Positions 9,247-19,722 of a DNA stretch of 64,000 nucleotides are shown here, piece after piece. The notes below the pieces were generated by a model, which was not told the origin of the DNA, searched no databases, and saw only the letters and a program-made list of their open reading frames with translations. Within the stretch, counting starts at the first letter, position 1, and each line of letters opens with the position of its first letter. Origin of the DNA: Deferrisomatales bacterium (GTDB lineage Bacteria > Desulfobacterota > Deferrisomatia > Deferrisomatales > JACRMM01); contig JAWSUI010000005.1 in assembly GCA_033551855.1 (NCBI GenBank), positions 60,380-124,379 on the forward strand, written 5' to 3'. Made by a program: the position numbers and the translations under genes.

Positions 9247-11193
9247 TCAGGTCTTGAGGTCCTCCAGGTCCTGGAAGTGGCTCAGGGCCTGGGGGTTGGC
9301 CAGGGCGTCCTTGTTCTTGACCTCCTCGCCCTGCACCGTCTTGAGCACCGCCATCTCGACCAGCTTCCCGCTGATGGTCCGCGGGATCTCGGGCACCTGG
9401 ATGATCTTGGCGGGCACGTGCCGGGGGGTGGTGTTCTGGCGGATGTGGTCGCGAATCCTCTTCTTCAGGGCCTCGTCGAGCGTCACCCCTGGCCGGAGCA
9501 CGAGGAACAGCACCACCCGAACGTCGTCCTCCCAAGGCTGGCCGATGACCAGGGCCTCCACCACCTCCTCCAGGGCTTCCACCTGGCGGTAGATTTCGGC
9601 GGTGCCGATCCGCACCCCGCCGGGGTTGAGGGTGGCGTCGGAGCGGCCGTACACGATCACGCCGCCGTTCTCGGTGATCTCGATGTAGTCCCCGTGGCGC
9701 CACACCCCGGGGTAGTGTCGGAAGTACGCGTCGAGGTACTTCTCGTCGCCCGGGTCGTTCCAGAAGCTCACCGGCATGGACGGGAAGGGGGCGGTGCACA
9801 CGAGCTCGCCCTTCCGGCCCACGACGGGTTTCCCGTCGTCGTCCCAGGCCTCCACCTTCATCCCCAAGCCCCGCTTCTGGATCTCACCCGCGTACACCGG
9901 GCTGATGGGCGACCCCAGGATGAAGCAGGAGATGATGTCGGTGCCCCCGGAGATCGAGGCGAGTTGGAGGTCCTGCTTCACCTCCCGGTACACCCACTCG
10001 AAACTCTCGACGGAGAGCGGCGAGCCGGTGGAGCAGACGGCCTTCACGGGCGAGAGGTCGAAACGGGCACCGGGGTGCACCTCGCTCTTCTCGCACATCG
10101 CGAGATACTTCGCGCTCGTGCCGAAGATCGTGACCTTCAGGTCCTGGGCCATCTTCCACAGCACGGACATGTCCGGGTAGCCGGGGCTGCCGTCGAAGAG
10201 GACGACGGTGGAGCCCACGTAGAGGGAGCTCACGAGCCAGTTCCACATCATCCACCCGCAGGTGGTGAAGTAGAAGATCGTGTCCTCCCGCTTGAGGTCG
10301 CAGTGGAGCATGAGCTCCTTCGCGTGTTGGATCAGGGTTCCCCCCGCCCCGTGCACGATGCACTTCGGGACCCCGGTGGTTCCCGAGGAGTACATGATGT
10401 AGATCGGATGGTCGAAGGGCAGTTGGGCGAACTCCACCTCCCGCGCGTCGTTGCCCAGGGCCTCGGCCCAGAGAAGCGCCTTCGGTACGGAGGAGAGGTC
10501 CGGCTGGGCCGTCACGAAGGGCACCACCACGATCTTCTCGATGGACCGGATCTCCCGGGCCACCTCCGCAACCCGGGCCAGGGAGTCGAAGGACTTGCCG
10601 TTGTAGAAGTACCCGTCCGCGGTGAGGAGCACCTTCGGCTCGATCTGGCCGAACCGGTCCATCACCCCCTTGAACCCGAAGTCCGGGCTGCAGGAGGACC
10701 AGATCGCCCCCAGGCTCGTGGCCGCCAACATCCCCACCACCGTCTCGATCCGGTTGGGCATGAAGCCGGCCACCCGATCCCCCTGGCCGACCCCGGCGCG
10801 CCGGAGGAAGCGGGCAAACCGGGCCACCTGGAGATAGAGCTCCTTGTAGGACACGCGCTCCGGGATCCCCTGCTCGCCCACGAAGACCAGGGCAGTGCGC
10901 TCGTCCCGATGTCGGAGCAGGTTCTCCGCGAAGTTCAGGCGGGCCCCCCGGAACCACCGGGCCCCCGGCATGACCGGGTTCTCCAGCACCGCCTCGTAGG
11001 GGGTGGAGGACCGGATGTCGGCAAACTTCCACATCGCCTCCCAGAAGGCCGGGATCTCCCGGACCGACCACTCGTACAGGTCGTCGTACCCCTGGAGCGA
11101 GAGGCCGTGGTCCCGGTTCACGTCGGCGAGGAACCGGGTCAGATTGGCCTGGGCCACCTTGTCCGCGGACGGGGTCCAAAGGAGCTTGCTCAT
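9247..11193 (-). CDS. Acetoacetate-CoA ligase
   Basis: YIMYSSGTTGVPKCIVHG, TTCGWMMWNWL, SISGGTDIISCF, GRSDATLNPGGVRIGTAE, PRTISGK. Confidence 0.93.
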   Translation of the reverse strand: MSKLLWTPSADKVAQANLTRFLADVNRDHGLSLQGYDDLYEWSVREIPAFWEAMWKFADIRSSTPYEAVLENPVMPGARWFRGARLNFAENLLRHRDERTALVFVGEQGIPERVSYKELYLQVARFARFLRRAGVGQGDRVAGFMPNRIETVVGMLAATSLGAIWSSCSPDFGFKGVMDRFGQIEPKVLLTADGYFYNGKSFDSLARVAEVAREIRSIEKIVVVPFVTAQPDLSSVPKALLWAEALGNDAREVEFAQLPFDHPIYIMYSSGTTGVPKCIVHGAGGTLIQHAKELMLHCDLKREDTIFYFTTCGWMMWNWLVSSLYVGSTVVLFDGSPGYPDMSVLWKMAQDLKVTIFGTSAKYLAMCEKSEVHPGARFDLSPVKAVCSTGSPLSVESFEWVYREVKQDLQLASISGGTDIISCFILGSPISPVYAGEIQKRGLGMKVEAWDDDGKPVVGRKGELVCTAPFPSMPVSFWNDPGDEKYLDAYFRHYPGVWRHGDYIEITENGGVIVYGRSDATLNPGGVRIGTAEIYRQVEALEEVVEALVIGQPWEDDVRVVLFLVLRPGVTLDEALKKRIRDHIRQNTTPRHVPAKIIQVPEIPRTISGKLVEMAVLKTVQGEEVKNKDALANPQALSHFQDLEDLKT

Positions 11194-11385
11194 CGGGGTT
11201 CCTCCTCAAAGAAGGGCGTGGCGGGCGCCACCGCGCAGACGGCCCGGGAACCTCCGACGCTCGGATGCTCCGGCCGGAGCCGCGACAATACCCAAACGCT
11301 CCCTTCCCTTCAACCCGGTTTCGGGGCCCCGCACCGACCCTCCGCAGGCAAGCGTGCTCGTGCCGTCCGGCCCGTGGGCCCTGCC

Positions 11386-11597
11386 TGGTAGTACAACGAG
11401 AGTTGCGTCCGAGTCGGGCGCGGGGCCTTCCTGGACAGCAGGCAGGCGGCCTTGGAACGATGCTCCGGGCGCACCCAAGGGCCGTAGGGCCGCTCGAAAC
11501 CGCCTCGCGATCTGCACTGCGCGCCGGGATCCTGCCCGCCGGAGGGGTGGTTTCGCGCCGAACGCACACGAAGACCCGATCGCTCGTTGCGGTACTA
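11386..11597 (+). mobile_element. MITE-like ~212-bp element, copy 1
   Basis: Aligns end to end with 19001-19212 (inverted) and 38841-39051; imperfect terminal inverted repeats tggtagtacaacgag ... ctcgttgcggtacta; no transposase. Confidence 0.8.
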
Positions 11598-12092
11598 GCC
11601 CCCGGTCTCGGTGTGGGACAGCCCTGTGAGCCTGTCTACCACCGACAGGGGGAGGGGCCCGTGGAGCCCGCAAAGGCGCCAATTCCTCCTTCCAGGTTCG
11701 GGCCATCCCTCCCTCACAGGTGTTCCCCGTACCGATGGAGGCGCGGCGCCGCAAAGGCCCCTTTCAGGGGCGGCGCTCCCCCCCGAAAACCGGCTCCCCT
11801 TCGAGCACCACGAGCCGCTCCGCGAAGTCGACGGCCTCTGGGGCATCGACCCGGATGTCTCCCGGGTCCGTCCGGCAAAGCGGTCGAGGTTCTCCATATC
11901 CCAGGCGGACACGGGGGTCTCGCGCGGCCGGGGGATGAGGTCCGGCGCCTCCAGGGGGCACGGCCGCGCACCCTCTTTGTGCATGCCCGGCATGCCAACT
12001 GCCCTGCGACACGAGCCCTCACGGGAAACGAGCGCAGGACCTCCCCGACCCTGCTCCCCTTGGCCGCTTGGCCATCCGCGGCCCAATGCCTA

Positions 12093-12121
12093 TTGACATT
12101 CGTTCCCGGATTCCTTAAGAT
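12093..12121 (+). promoter_or_regulatory. Sigma70-type promoter upstream of the metK operon
   Basis: TTGACA-N17-TAAGAT. Confidence 0.75.
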
Positions 12122-12540
12122 CCTGTGCGCAATTCCAATAGTGGCCTTGCGCCTACAGGGGAACAGAATCAATCCCGGATGGCCGGGGAGCATGGCAACG
12201 GCGCAGCAAACCCAAGAGAGGCCCGCCTGAAGCCTGGAGGGGACGTCATCGCAGATTGCGCAGAACCATCCAGTTTACGCCTCCGAACCACACGCCCCGA
12301 CTCTCCCCGCCTCCCTGTACCTCGACCTCCGTAGGTCTGCCCCAGGACTTCTGAGGAGCCGAGAGGCTCCCTGCCTCCCCCGCACGGGATCGTTCCGTCC
12401 CGGTGCGGCCTGTGCGCGGCATCTCCCCTGGACACGGCGCTTACCGTCTTCCCCCGGCGCGTTCGGCACCGCTCGGGCGTTGCAGCCGGCCTTCTTCTTC
12501 CCCCTGTGAACCCCGACGAACACCAAAGAGGAGAGCAACC

Positions 12541-13716
12541 ATGGGCATGACCGACTTTCTCTTCACCTCCGAGAGCGTCACCGAGGGACACCCCGACAAG
12601 GTGGCCGACCAGATCTCCGACGCCGTGCTCGACACCCTGCTGGCCCAGGACCCAGCGAGCCGCGTGGCCTGCGAGACCATGGTGACCACGGGGATGGCCA
12701 TCATCGCCGGGGAGATCACCACCCAAGGGTACGCGCACATGCCCGACGTGGTACGTCAGACGATCCGGGACATCGGCTACACCGACCCGGCGCTGGGCTT
12801 CGACTGGGAGACCTGCGCGGTGCTGACCTCCATCGACCGGCAGAGCCCGGACATCGCCCTGGGCGTCGACGAGTCTGAAGGACACGAGCAGGGGGCAGGC
12901 GACCAGGGCCTGATGTTCGGTTACGCCACGAACGAGACGCCGGAGCTCATGCCCATGCCCATCGTGTACGCCCACAAGCTCACGCGCCGGCTCGCCGAGG
13001 TCCGCAAGCAGAAGCTCGTGGACTGCCTCCGGCCCGACGGCAAGAGCCAGGTGACGATCCGCTACGTGGACGGCAGGCCCGTGAGCGTGGACGCGGTGGT
13101 GGTGAGCACCCAGCACTCCCCCGACGTCACCCAGCAGACGGTGAGGGAGGCGGTGATCGAGACCGTGATCAAGCCCGTCATCCCCGAATCCCTGCTCACC
13201 GAACAGACCCGGTTCTACATCAACCCCACCGGCCGTTTCGTGGTAGGGGGCCCCATGGGCGACTGCGGCCTCACGGGCCGAAAGATCATTGTCGACACCT
13301 ACGGGGGGCAGGGAAGCCACGGCGGGGGAGCCTTCTCGGGCAAGGACCCGTCGAAGGTGGACCGGTCCGCCTCCTACCTGTGCCGGTACGTGGCCAAGAA
13401 CATCGTCGCCGGCGGGCTGGCAGACCGGTGCGAGGTCCAGTTGGCTTACGCCATCGGCGTGGCCGACCCCGTCTCGGTGATGATCGACACCGGCGGCACC
13501 TGGAAGATCGAACCCGACCGCATCGCCTCACTCGTCCGGGAGATCTTCCCGCTCAAGCCCAGGGAGATCATCCGGCACCTCGACCTCCTGCGCCCCATTT
13601 ACCGCAAGACCGCCGCCAACGGCCACTTCGGCCACGACGACCCCGACTTCACGTGGGAGCGAACGGACAAGGCGGAGGAGCTCGCCCGGGCAGCCGGGCT
13701 AGACGCCGCCGCATAG
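12541..13716 (+). CDS. metK: S-adenosylmethionine synthetase
   Basis: [37 protein letters not shown]. Confidence 0.98.
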   Translation: MGMTDFLFTSESVTEGHPDKVADQISDAVLDTLLAQDPASRVACETMVTTGMAIIAGEITTQGYAHMPDVVRQTIRDIGYTDPALGFDWETCAVLTSIDRQSPDIALGVDESEGHEQGAGDQGLMFGYATNETPELMPMPIVYAHKLTRRLAEVRKQKLVDCLRPDGKSQVTIRYVDGRPVSVDAVVVSTQHSPDVTQQTVREAVIETVIKPVIPESLLTEQTRFYINPTGRFVVGGPMGDCGLTGRKIIVDTYGGQGSHGGGAFSGKDPSKVDRSASYLCRYVAKNIVAGGLADRCEVQLAYAIGVADPVSVMIDTGGTWKIEPDRIASLVREIFPLKPREIIRHLDLLRPIYRKTAANGHFGHDDPDFTWERTDKAEELARAAGLDAAA

Positions 13717-13791
13717 CCCCCAGCCGAGCCCCCTCCTCGGGGGGCCCCCGGTGACGAAACCGGCGCGCTTTCCACCCCACACGGAGGAACC

Positions 13792-14724
13792 ATGTCCGCG
13801 TTGATCTGCGGATCGGTCGCCTACGACACGATCATGGTGTTCGAGGACCGCTTTCGGAACCACATCCTGGCCGACCAGGTGCACATCCTCAACGTCGCCT
13901 TCCACGTCCCGACCCTGCGGCGCGAATTCGGGGGGTGCGCCGGCAACGTCGCCTACAACCTCGTCCAACTCGGGATGGACGCGCACCCCCTGGCCACCGT
14001 GGGGGACGACTTCGCCCCCTACGCGGCCTGGATGGACCGCTGCGGGATCCGGCGCGACCTGGTGCGCACAGTGCCCGGTACCTTCACGGCCCAGGCGTTC
14101 ATCACCACCGATCTGGACGACAACCAGATCACCGCGTTCCACCCGGGGGCCATGGACCACGCCCACGTGCAGCCGATCCCCACCGGGGGGGCCTTCCGGG
14201 TCGCCATGGTCTCCCCGGACGGGAGGCGCGGGATGATCGAGCACGCGGAGCAGCTGGCCGAGGCCTCGATCCCCTTCGTGTTCGACCCCGGCCAGGGCCT
14301 GCCCCTGTTCTCGGGGGAGGAGCTGCGGCGCTTCGTCGATCTGGCGAGCTGGGTCGCCCTGAACGACTACGAGTCCCGGCTCCTGGCTGAGCGCACCGGC
14401 CTGGGGCCGGCGCAGATGGCCGAGCGCGTCGAGGCCGTGGTCGTAACTCGCGGGGCCGAGGGGTCCCGGATCTGGGCACAGGGTACGATCCACGAGATCC
14501 CGGCGGCCCCGGCGAGGACGGTGGCGGACCCTACCGGCTGCGGCGACGCCTACCGGGCCGGCATCCTCTACGGGATCCTAGAGGGGCTGGACTGGCCCAC
14601 CGCCGGCAGGATCGCCGCGCTCCTGGGAGCGGCCAAGGTCGCCTCCCACGGCACCCAGAACCACGCCTTCGATGTCGGGACCCTGGCTGAGCGTTTCTTC
14701 GAGGCGTTCGGATACCGCATCTGA
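13792..14724 (+). CDS. PfkB-family carbohydrate kinase, probably adenosine kinase
   Basis: [36 protein letters not shown]; sits between metK and ahcY. Confidence 0.85.
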   Translation: MSALICGSVAYDTIMVFEDRFRNHILADQVHILNVAFHVPTLRREFGGCAGNVAYNLVQLGMDAHPLATVGDDFAPYAAWMDRCGIRRDLVRTVPGTFTAQAFITTDLDDNQITAFHPGAMDHAHVQPIPTGGAFRVAMVSPDGRRGMIEHAEQLAEASIPFVFDPGQGLPLFSGEELRRFVDLASWVALNDYESRLLAERTGLGPAQMAERVEAVVVTRGAEGSRIWAQGTIHEIPAAPARTVADPTGCGDAYRAGILYGILEGLDWPTAGRIAALLGAAKVASHGTQNHAFDVGTLAERFFEAFGYRI

Positions 14725-14774
14725 CCTCACTAGAAGACACCTCGGGCCTCCCCGGGGAGAAGAGGAGAGACGAC

Positions 14775-16286
14775 ATGACCGCACTTCCCGCCCTTTCGCT
14801 GACCAACGAGCGACCGGCCTTCCGGGTTGCCGACCTGAGCGAGGCCACCGTGCGCTTCGGACGCAAGGAGATCGAGCTGGCCGAGCACGAGATGCCGGGG
14901 CTGATGGCCCTGCGTGCGGAGTACGCCGGCGAGAGGCCCCTGGCGGGGGCACGCATCATGGGCTCCCTGCACATGACCATCCAGACCGCCGTGCTCATCG
15001 AGACCCTGGTGGAGCTCGGTGCCGACGTGCGCTGGGTGAGCTGCAACATCTTCTCCACCCAGGACCACGCGGCGGCGGCCACCGTGGTCGGCCCGGGCGG
15101 CAATGCGGATCACCCCTCGGGAGTTCCGGTGTTCGCGTGGAAGGGCGAGACTCTGGCCGAGTACTGGTGGTGCACCCTGCAGGCGCTGATCTGGCCGGAC
15201 GGCTCGGGGCCGAACCTCCTTCTGGACGACGGCGGCGACGCCACCTTGCTCGCCCACCTGGGAGCCGAGTGCGAGGAGAAGGGAGTCATTCCGGACCCCG
15301 CCACGGCCGAGAGCGAGGAGTTCTCGATCATTCTCGCGCTGCTCCACCGGGTGCGCGAAGAGCAGGGAGCGGACTTCTGGCGGCCGCTTGCGGCGGCGAT
15401 CCGGGGGGTCTCGGAGGAGACCACCACGGGGGTGCACCGGCTCTACGAGCGGATGGAGAACGGCACGCTCCGGTTTCCCGCGATCAACGTCAACGACTCG
15501 GTGACCAAGAGCAAGTTCGACAACATCTACGGTTGCCGCCACTCCCTGGTGGACGGGCTCATGCGTGCCACGGACGTCATGCTCGCGGGCAAGCGGGCGC
15601 TGGTGTGCGGTTACGGCGACGTGGGCAAGGGCTGTGTGGAAAGCCTTCGGGGCCAGCAGGCCCGGGTCGCGGTGAGCGAGATCGACCCGATCTGCGCCCT
15701 GCAGGCATGCATGCACGGGCTCGACGTGATCACGGTGGAGGACGCCCTCCCCGATTTCGACGTCTACGTGACCGCCACGGGCAACAAGGCGATCATCCGC
15801 GCCGAGCACATGGCGCGCATGAAGCACAACGCGGTCGTGTGCAACATCGGGCACTTCGACAACGAGATCGACATGGCGGGGCTGGAGCGGATGCGCCGTT
15901 CCGGCGAAGTGGAGAAGATCGAGATCAAGCCTCAGGTGCACGAGTGGCGGTTCACGAAGAGCTCCCACGGGCCGGGGGGAGGCGCCCATTCCATCCTGCT
16001 CCTGGCCGAGGGGCGGCTGGTGAACCTGGGCTGCGCCACCGGGCACCCGAGTTTCGTCATGTCGGCCTCCTTCACGAACCAGGTGATGGCGCAGATCGAG
16101 CTGCACCGGAACGCCGAGAGGTACGGGAAGAGCGTCACCGTGCTCCCCAAACAGCTCGACGAGAAAGTGGCACGGCTCCACCTGGGCCGGTTCGGCGCCA
16201 GGCTCACCCGGTTGACCTCGGATCAGGCTGCCTACATCGGGGTGCACCCGGAGGGCCCCTACAAGACCGACCACTACCGGTATTGA
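14775..16286 (+). CDS. ahcY: S-adenosylhomocysteine hydrolase
   Basis: [33 protein letters not shown]-terminal [10 protein letters not shown]. Confidence 0.98.
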   Translation: MTALPALSLTNERPAFRVADLSEATVRFGRKEIELAEHEMPGLMALRAEYAGERPLAGARIMGSLHMTIQTAVLIETLVELGADVRWVSCNIFSTQDHAAAATVVGPGGNADHPSGVPVFAWKGETLAEYWWCTLQALIWPDGSGPNLLLDDGGDATLLAHLGAECEEKGVIPDPATAESEEFSIILALLHRVREEQGADFWRPLAAAIRGVSEETTTGVHRLYERMENGTLRFPAINVNDSVTKSKFDNIYGCRHSLVDGLMRATDVMLAGKRALVCGYGDVGKGCVESLRGQQARVAVSEIDPICALQACMHGLDVITVEDALPDFDVYVTATGNKAIIRAEHMARMKHNAVVCNIGHFDNEIDMAGLERMRRSGEVEKIEIKPQVHEWRFTKSSHGPGGGAHSILLLAEGRLVNLGCATGHPSFVMSASFTNQVMAQIELHRNAERYGKSVTVLPKQLDEKVARLHLGRFGARLTRLTSDQAAYIGVHPEGPYKTDHYRY

Positions 16287-16356
16287 CCGACGCGGTGGCG
16301 AGACCCGTGAACCCGCAGCACCGTCGGCGCCGCCACGACGCCGGCAGGAGGTTCCC

Positions 16357-17139
16357 ATGAGAAGACGGCATCGAATCCAGTTTCCGAGAGAAGAGGGACG
16401 CCACCTGGGCCAGGACGAGGCGTTCTTCTACCTGATCCGCGGCGACACGAAGGAACGCATCCGCTTTCACGACTACGACAAGCTTTACAGCGTCCCCGGG
16501 CTGTATGAGCAACTCTTCTACGACCGGCTCAAGTGCCAGTCCCCTAAGAAGGTCACCCAGATCCTCAAGGCGGCGCTCGCCCAGTGCCAGGAGAGCATCA
16601 GTGAGCTGCGGGTCCTGGATCTGGGTGCGGGCAACGGGATGATGGGGGAAGCCCTGGTTCAAGAGCACGGCGTGTCGCGCCTGGTAGGCGCCGACATCAT
16701 CCCCGAGGCGTACGAGGCTACCGAGCGGGACCGCCCCGGTCTGTACGACGAGTACTACGTCGCGGACTTCTGCAACCTCGACGAGGGGTTGCGGGAGGAG
16801 ATCGCCTCTTGGCAGTTCAACTGTTTGACCACCGTGGCCGCCTTGGGCTTCGGGGACATACCCACAAAGGCCTTCATCGAGGCATTCAACATCATCCGAA
16901 GCCAGGGTTGGGTCGCGTTCAACATCAAGGAGACGTTCCTAGACGCCAGCGATCAGACGGGGTTCTCCCGGACCATTCGGGAGCTGATATGGTCCGATTA
17001 CCTCGATCTCTACTATCTGGAGCGGTACCGCCACCGTCTCTCCATGGAGGGCGAACCCCTGTCGTACTTCGCCATCGCTGCCCGCAAGAACGCGGACATC
17101 CCGGAGGGGTATCTGCAGGACCTCGGGATCAACGGCTGA
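16357..17139 (+). CDS. Class I SAM-dependent methyltransferase
   Basis: VLDLGAGNG motif I; RBS AGGAGG. Confidence 0.8.
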   Translation: MRRRHRIQFPREEGRHLGQDEAFFYLIRGDTKERIRFHDYDKLYSVPGLYEQLFYDRLKCQSPKKVTQILKAALAQCQESISELRVLDLGAGNGMMGEALVQEHGVSRLVGADIIPEAYEATERDRPGLYDEYYVADFCNLDEGLREEIASWQFNCLTTVAALGFGDIPTKAFIEAFNIIRSQGWVAFNIKETFLDASDQTGFSRTIRELIWSDYLDLYYLERYRHRLSMEGEPLSYFAIAARKNADIPEGYLQDLGING

Positions 17140-17199
17140 CCCGCCCCCCCCGGACGCCCGTAGGCGCGCCGGCGGGAACGGGCACAGGGGGCGGAAGCT

Positions 17200-17796
17200 T
17201 CAGGCGCCCCGTTCGCCGGGGCGGCGCACCCGGGCCTTGAGGAGGGGAAGGACCTCGGGGAACCGGGGGTGTCGGCCGCTGCCGAGCCAGGCGAAGAGCA
17301 GGGTCTCCGCGGTGAGGGGGGTCACCCCTCCGGCCTCCAGGAGGCGTCGCCCCACCCTCTCGTCGGCCGCCGCGCGGGAGGCGACCGCGTCGGCCAGGTA
17401 GTGGGCGCGAAAACCCCGGGCCCGGAGCCCCAGTGCGGTGTGGAGGACGCACACGTGTGCCTCCACGCCGGCCAACAGGGCCACCGGGCGCCCCAGGGAT
17501 GCGGTCGCCGAGACGAAGGCGGGCTCGGCATTGGCGTCGTAGGGCACCTTGGGCACCACCGGCGACTCGGCCGGTGCCGCCGCCAGGACATCGGGATGGA
17601 CCGGCCCCATCTTTTCGGGCTCCAAGGCCAGGAGGACGGCGGGCACGCCGAACGCTCCGAGGGCGGCGACGGCAAAAGCCGCGCTCCGGGGGACCCGGCG
17701 GGCCCGTCCCGGGGGGTAGGCCTTGAGCAGGCCCGGCTGCACGTCCACCACCACCAGGAAATAGTCCTCGACCGTCGGGATCAGCTCCGCTCCCAC
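17200..17796 (-). CDS. Isochorismatase-family cysteine hydrolase
   Basis: LVVVDVQ, LAGVEAHVCVLHTAL, ADAVASR; GTG start with RBS AAGGAG. Confidence 0.8.
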   Translation of the reverse strand: MGAELIPTVEDYFLVVVDVQPGLLKAYPPGRARRVPRSAAFAVAALGAFGVPAVLLALEPEKMGPVHPDVLAAAPAESPVVPKVPYDANAEPAFVSATASLGRPVALLAGVEAHVCVLHTALGLRARGFRAHYLADAVASRAAADERVGRRLLEAGGVTPLTAETLLFAWLGSGRHPRFPEVLPLLKARVRRPGERGA

Positions 17797-18965
17797 GTCT
17801 TCTCCTTCCCCGAGCCGCCGCCGACGCCCCCCCGGGCCGCCTTCTTCCCGGGCGCTTCGCCGGGCCCGAGCGCCTCTGCCACCACGCACCGCACGCCCCT
17901 GCCCTCTCTTCCCGGGGCGAAGCAGCCGCTGCAGCTCGTGCACCGGGCAGGGCTCCGGTCTCCGGCCGCCCAGCGGGACGGCAGGTCGGGTTCCCAGAGG
18001 AGAGGTCGGGAGAGACTGAAGAAGTCAGCGACCCCCTCGAAAAGGAGGCTCTCCAGGGTCTCGACCTGCCGGAGCCCCCCCACGACGGCCACCGGCGCGG
18101 AGACCCGGCGTTTGACCGCGGCAGCCAAACCCCGGAAGTAGGCCTCGTCGTCGGGCCCCTCCACCCGCCGCACCGGGCCCAGGGCCCCGGACCCCGGTGT
18201 CCCCCCGCTCACTTCGATGAGGCACGGAGCCCGCAGGTCGACCCACTCCGCCACCCGGGCCGCCTCGTCGAGCTCCAGGCCGCCGGGGATGAAGTCCGCG
18301 CCATTGAGCTTGATCGCCACCGGGTAGTCGGGCCCCGCGCTTCCCTGCACGGCAGCCCAGACCTCCTGGAGGAAGCGGAATCGCTGCCGCACGCCGCCCC
18401 CGTAGCGGTCGGTGCGCAGGTTCGTCGCCGGGGAGAGGAACTGGTTGATCAGGAAGCCGTGAGCCGCGTGGAGCTGGACGAAGTCGAACCCGGCGTCCCG
18501 GGCGCGCCGCGCAGCCCTGCCGAAGTCGGCGACGATGCTGCCGATCTCTGCGGCGGAGAGCTCCCGGGGCACTTCCGGATACTGTGCCGCAGGGGTGAAA
18601 GAGGGCGCCAGGGGCGCCCGTCCCCCGATCCACTCGCCGCGCGTCTGGCCGCCGGCGTGCACGAGCTGGAGGCCCGCCAGGGCTCCCCCGTCCCGCATGG
18701 CGGCGGCGAGCCGCGTCAGCCCGGGCACGAGGGAGTCCTCCTGGGCCCCCAGCATCCCCGGCTGGTGGCGCCCCTCTGGGCTCACCGAGGCGTAACCCGT
18801 GACGATGACCCCCGCCCCCCCCTGCCCGAGCTCCCGGTAGCGCTCCACGAGCGCTTCGGTTACCGCCCCCCGGCCGTCGGCCAGCCCCAGCCAGGTGGCG
18901 GAGCGCACGAGCCGGTTCCGTGCGGTGAGGGTGCCCATCTCCACGGGCTCGAAAAGGCTGTACAT
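17781..18965 (-). CDS. NADH:flavin oxidoreductase, old yellow enzyme family
   Basis: RNRLVRSAT, QLVHAG, QLHAAHGFLINQFLSPATNLRTDRYGG, C-terminal CTSCSGC. Confidence 0.92.
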   Translation of the reverse strand: MYSLFEPVEMGTLTARNRLVRSATWLGLADGRGAVTEALVERYRELGQGGAGVIVTGYASVSPEGRHQPGMLGAQEDSLVPGLTRLAAAMRDGGALAGLQLVHAGGQTRGEWIGGRAPLAPSFTPAAQYPEVPRELSAAEIGSIVADFGRAARRARDAGFDFVQLHAAHGFLINQFLSPATNLRTDRYGGGVRQRFRFLQEVWAAVQGSAGPDYPVAIKLNGADFIPGGLELDEAARVAEWVDLRAPCLIEVSGGTPGSGALGPVRRVEGPDDEAYFRGLAAAVKRRVSAPVAVVGGLRQVETLESLLFEGVADFFSLSRPLLWEPDLPSRWAAGDRSPARCTSCSGCFAPGREGRGVRCVVAEALGPGEAPGKKAARGGVGGGSGKEKTWERS

Positions 18966-19000
18966 GGCATCTCCCGCTCCGGCCTTGGACAAAGAGGACC

Positions 19001-19212
19001 TATTGCTACAACGAGCGATCGGTTCTCCGCGCCCGTTCGGCGCGAAACCACCCATCCGGCGGGCAGGATCCCGGCGCGCAGTGCAACTCGCGAGGCGGTT
19101 TCCAGCGGCCCTGCGGCCCTTCGGTGCGCCCAGAGGATCGCTCCAAGGCCGCCTTCCCGCTCTCCAGGAAGGCCCCACGCCCGACTCGGACGCAACTCTC
19201 GCGGTAGTACGA
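19001..19212 (-). mobile_element. MITE-like ~212-bp element, copy 2 (inverted)
   Basis: Reverse complement aligns with 11386-11597; lies directly after the thioesterase stop codon (19213). Confidence 0.8.
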
Positions 19213-19722
19213 TCACCCCCCGGGAGTGTCCTTTACGGGCGCTTCCCCCTGCGGCTGCCCCCGCGCCAGGCGAAACCGGGAGCCGAAGGTCGCGACCAGG
19301 GTCCCCCCCTCGGCGTAGACCTCCGCTTCCCCCTCCAGGTCCCGCCCCTCGAAGCGGGTCACACGGGCTCGCGCCTCCGCCGTCCCCCGCACCACGGGCG
19401 CCCGGAAACGGGTGGTCATCTCCACCGTGGCGAAGTGGGTCCCTTCGGGCAGGAGGCTCTTGATGGCCATCGCCACCGCCGTGTCCGCGAGGGTGGTCAC
19501 GGCCCCGCCGTGGAGCAGGCCGGCACCCTGGGAAAGCTTTACCCGGAAAGGCATCCGCAGCACCGCCCGGCCTTCGGCGGCCTCCAGGATCTCCAGGCCG
19601 CAGAGCTCCTCGAAGGGGGCCGGTGCGATCCAGGCCGAGAGGGCGAACTGGGGCTCCCCGGCTTCCGGGTCCCGGAGCTCGTCCCAACAATCTCGCCGAG
19701 AGCCGTCAGCCATCTGCCTCAT
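19213..19722 (-). CDS. PaaI-family thioesterase
   Basis: GLLHGGAVTTLADTA hot-dog motif; ATGA overlap with the upstream gene. Confidence 0.85.
   Translation of the reverse strand: MRQMADGSRRDCWDELRDPEAGEPQFALSAWIAPAPFEELCGLEILEAAEGRAVLRMPFRVKLSQGAGLLHGGAVTTLADTAVAMAIKSLLPEGTHFATVEMTTRFRAPVVRGTAEARARVTRFEGRDLEGEAEVYAEGGTLVATFGSRFRLARGQPQGEAPVKDTPGG

Noticed and set aside
11609..11690. SAM-I riboswitch-like fragments (gggacagccctgtgagcc ... ggcgccaattcc)
   Set aside because: No ATCxAGAG or GGCAAC core is visible, and the region lies upstream of the metK promoter rather than in its leader.
11764..12012. Small, possibly frameshifted ORF on the minus strand
   Set aside because: No recognisable domain or convincing start; cannot be supported.
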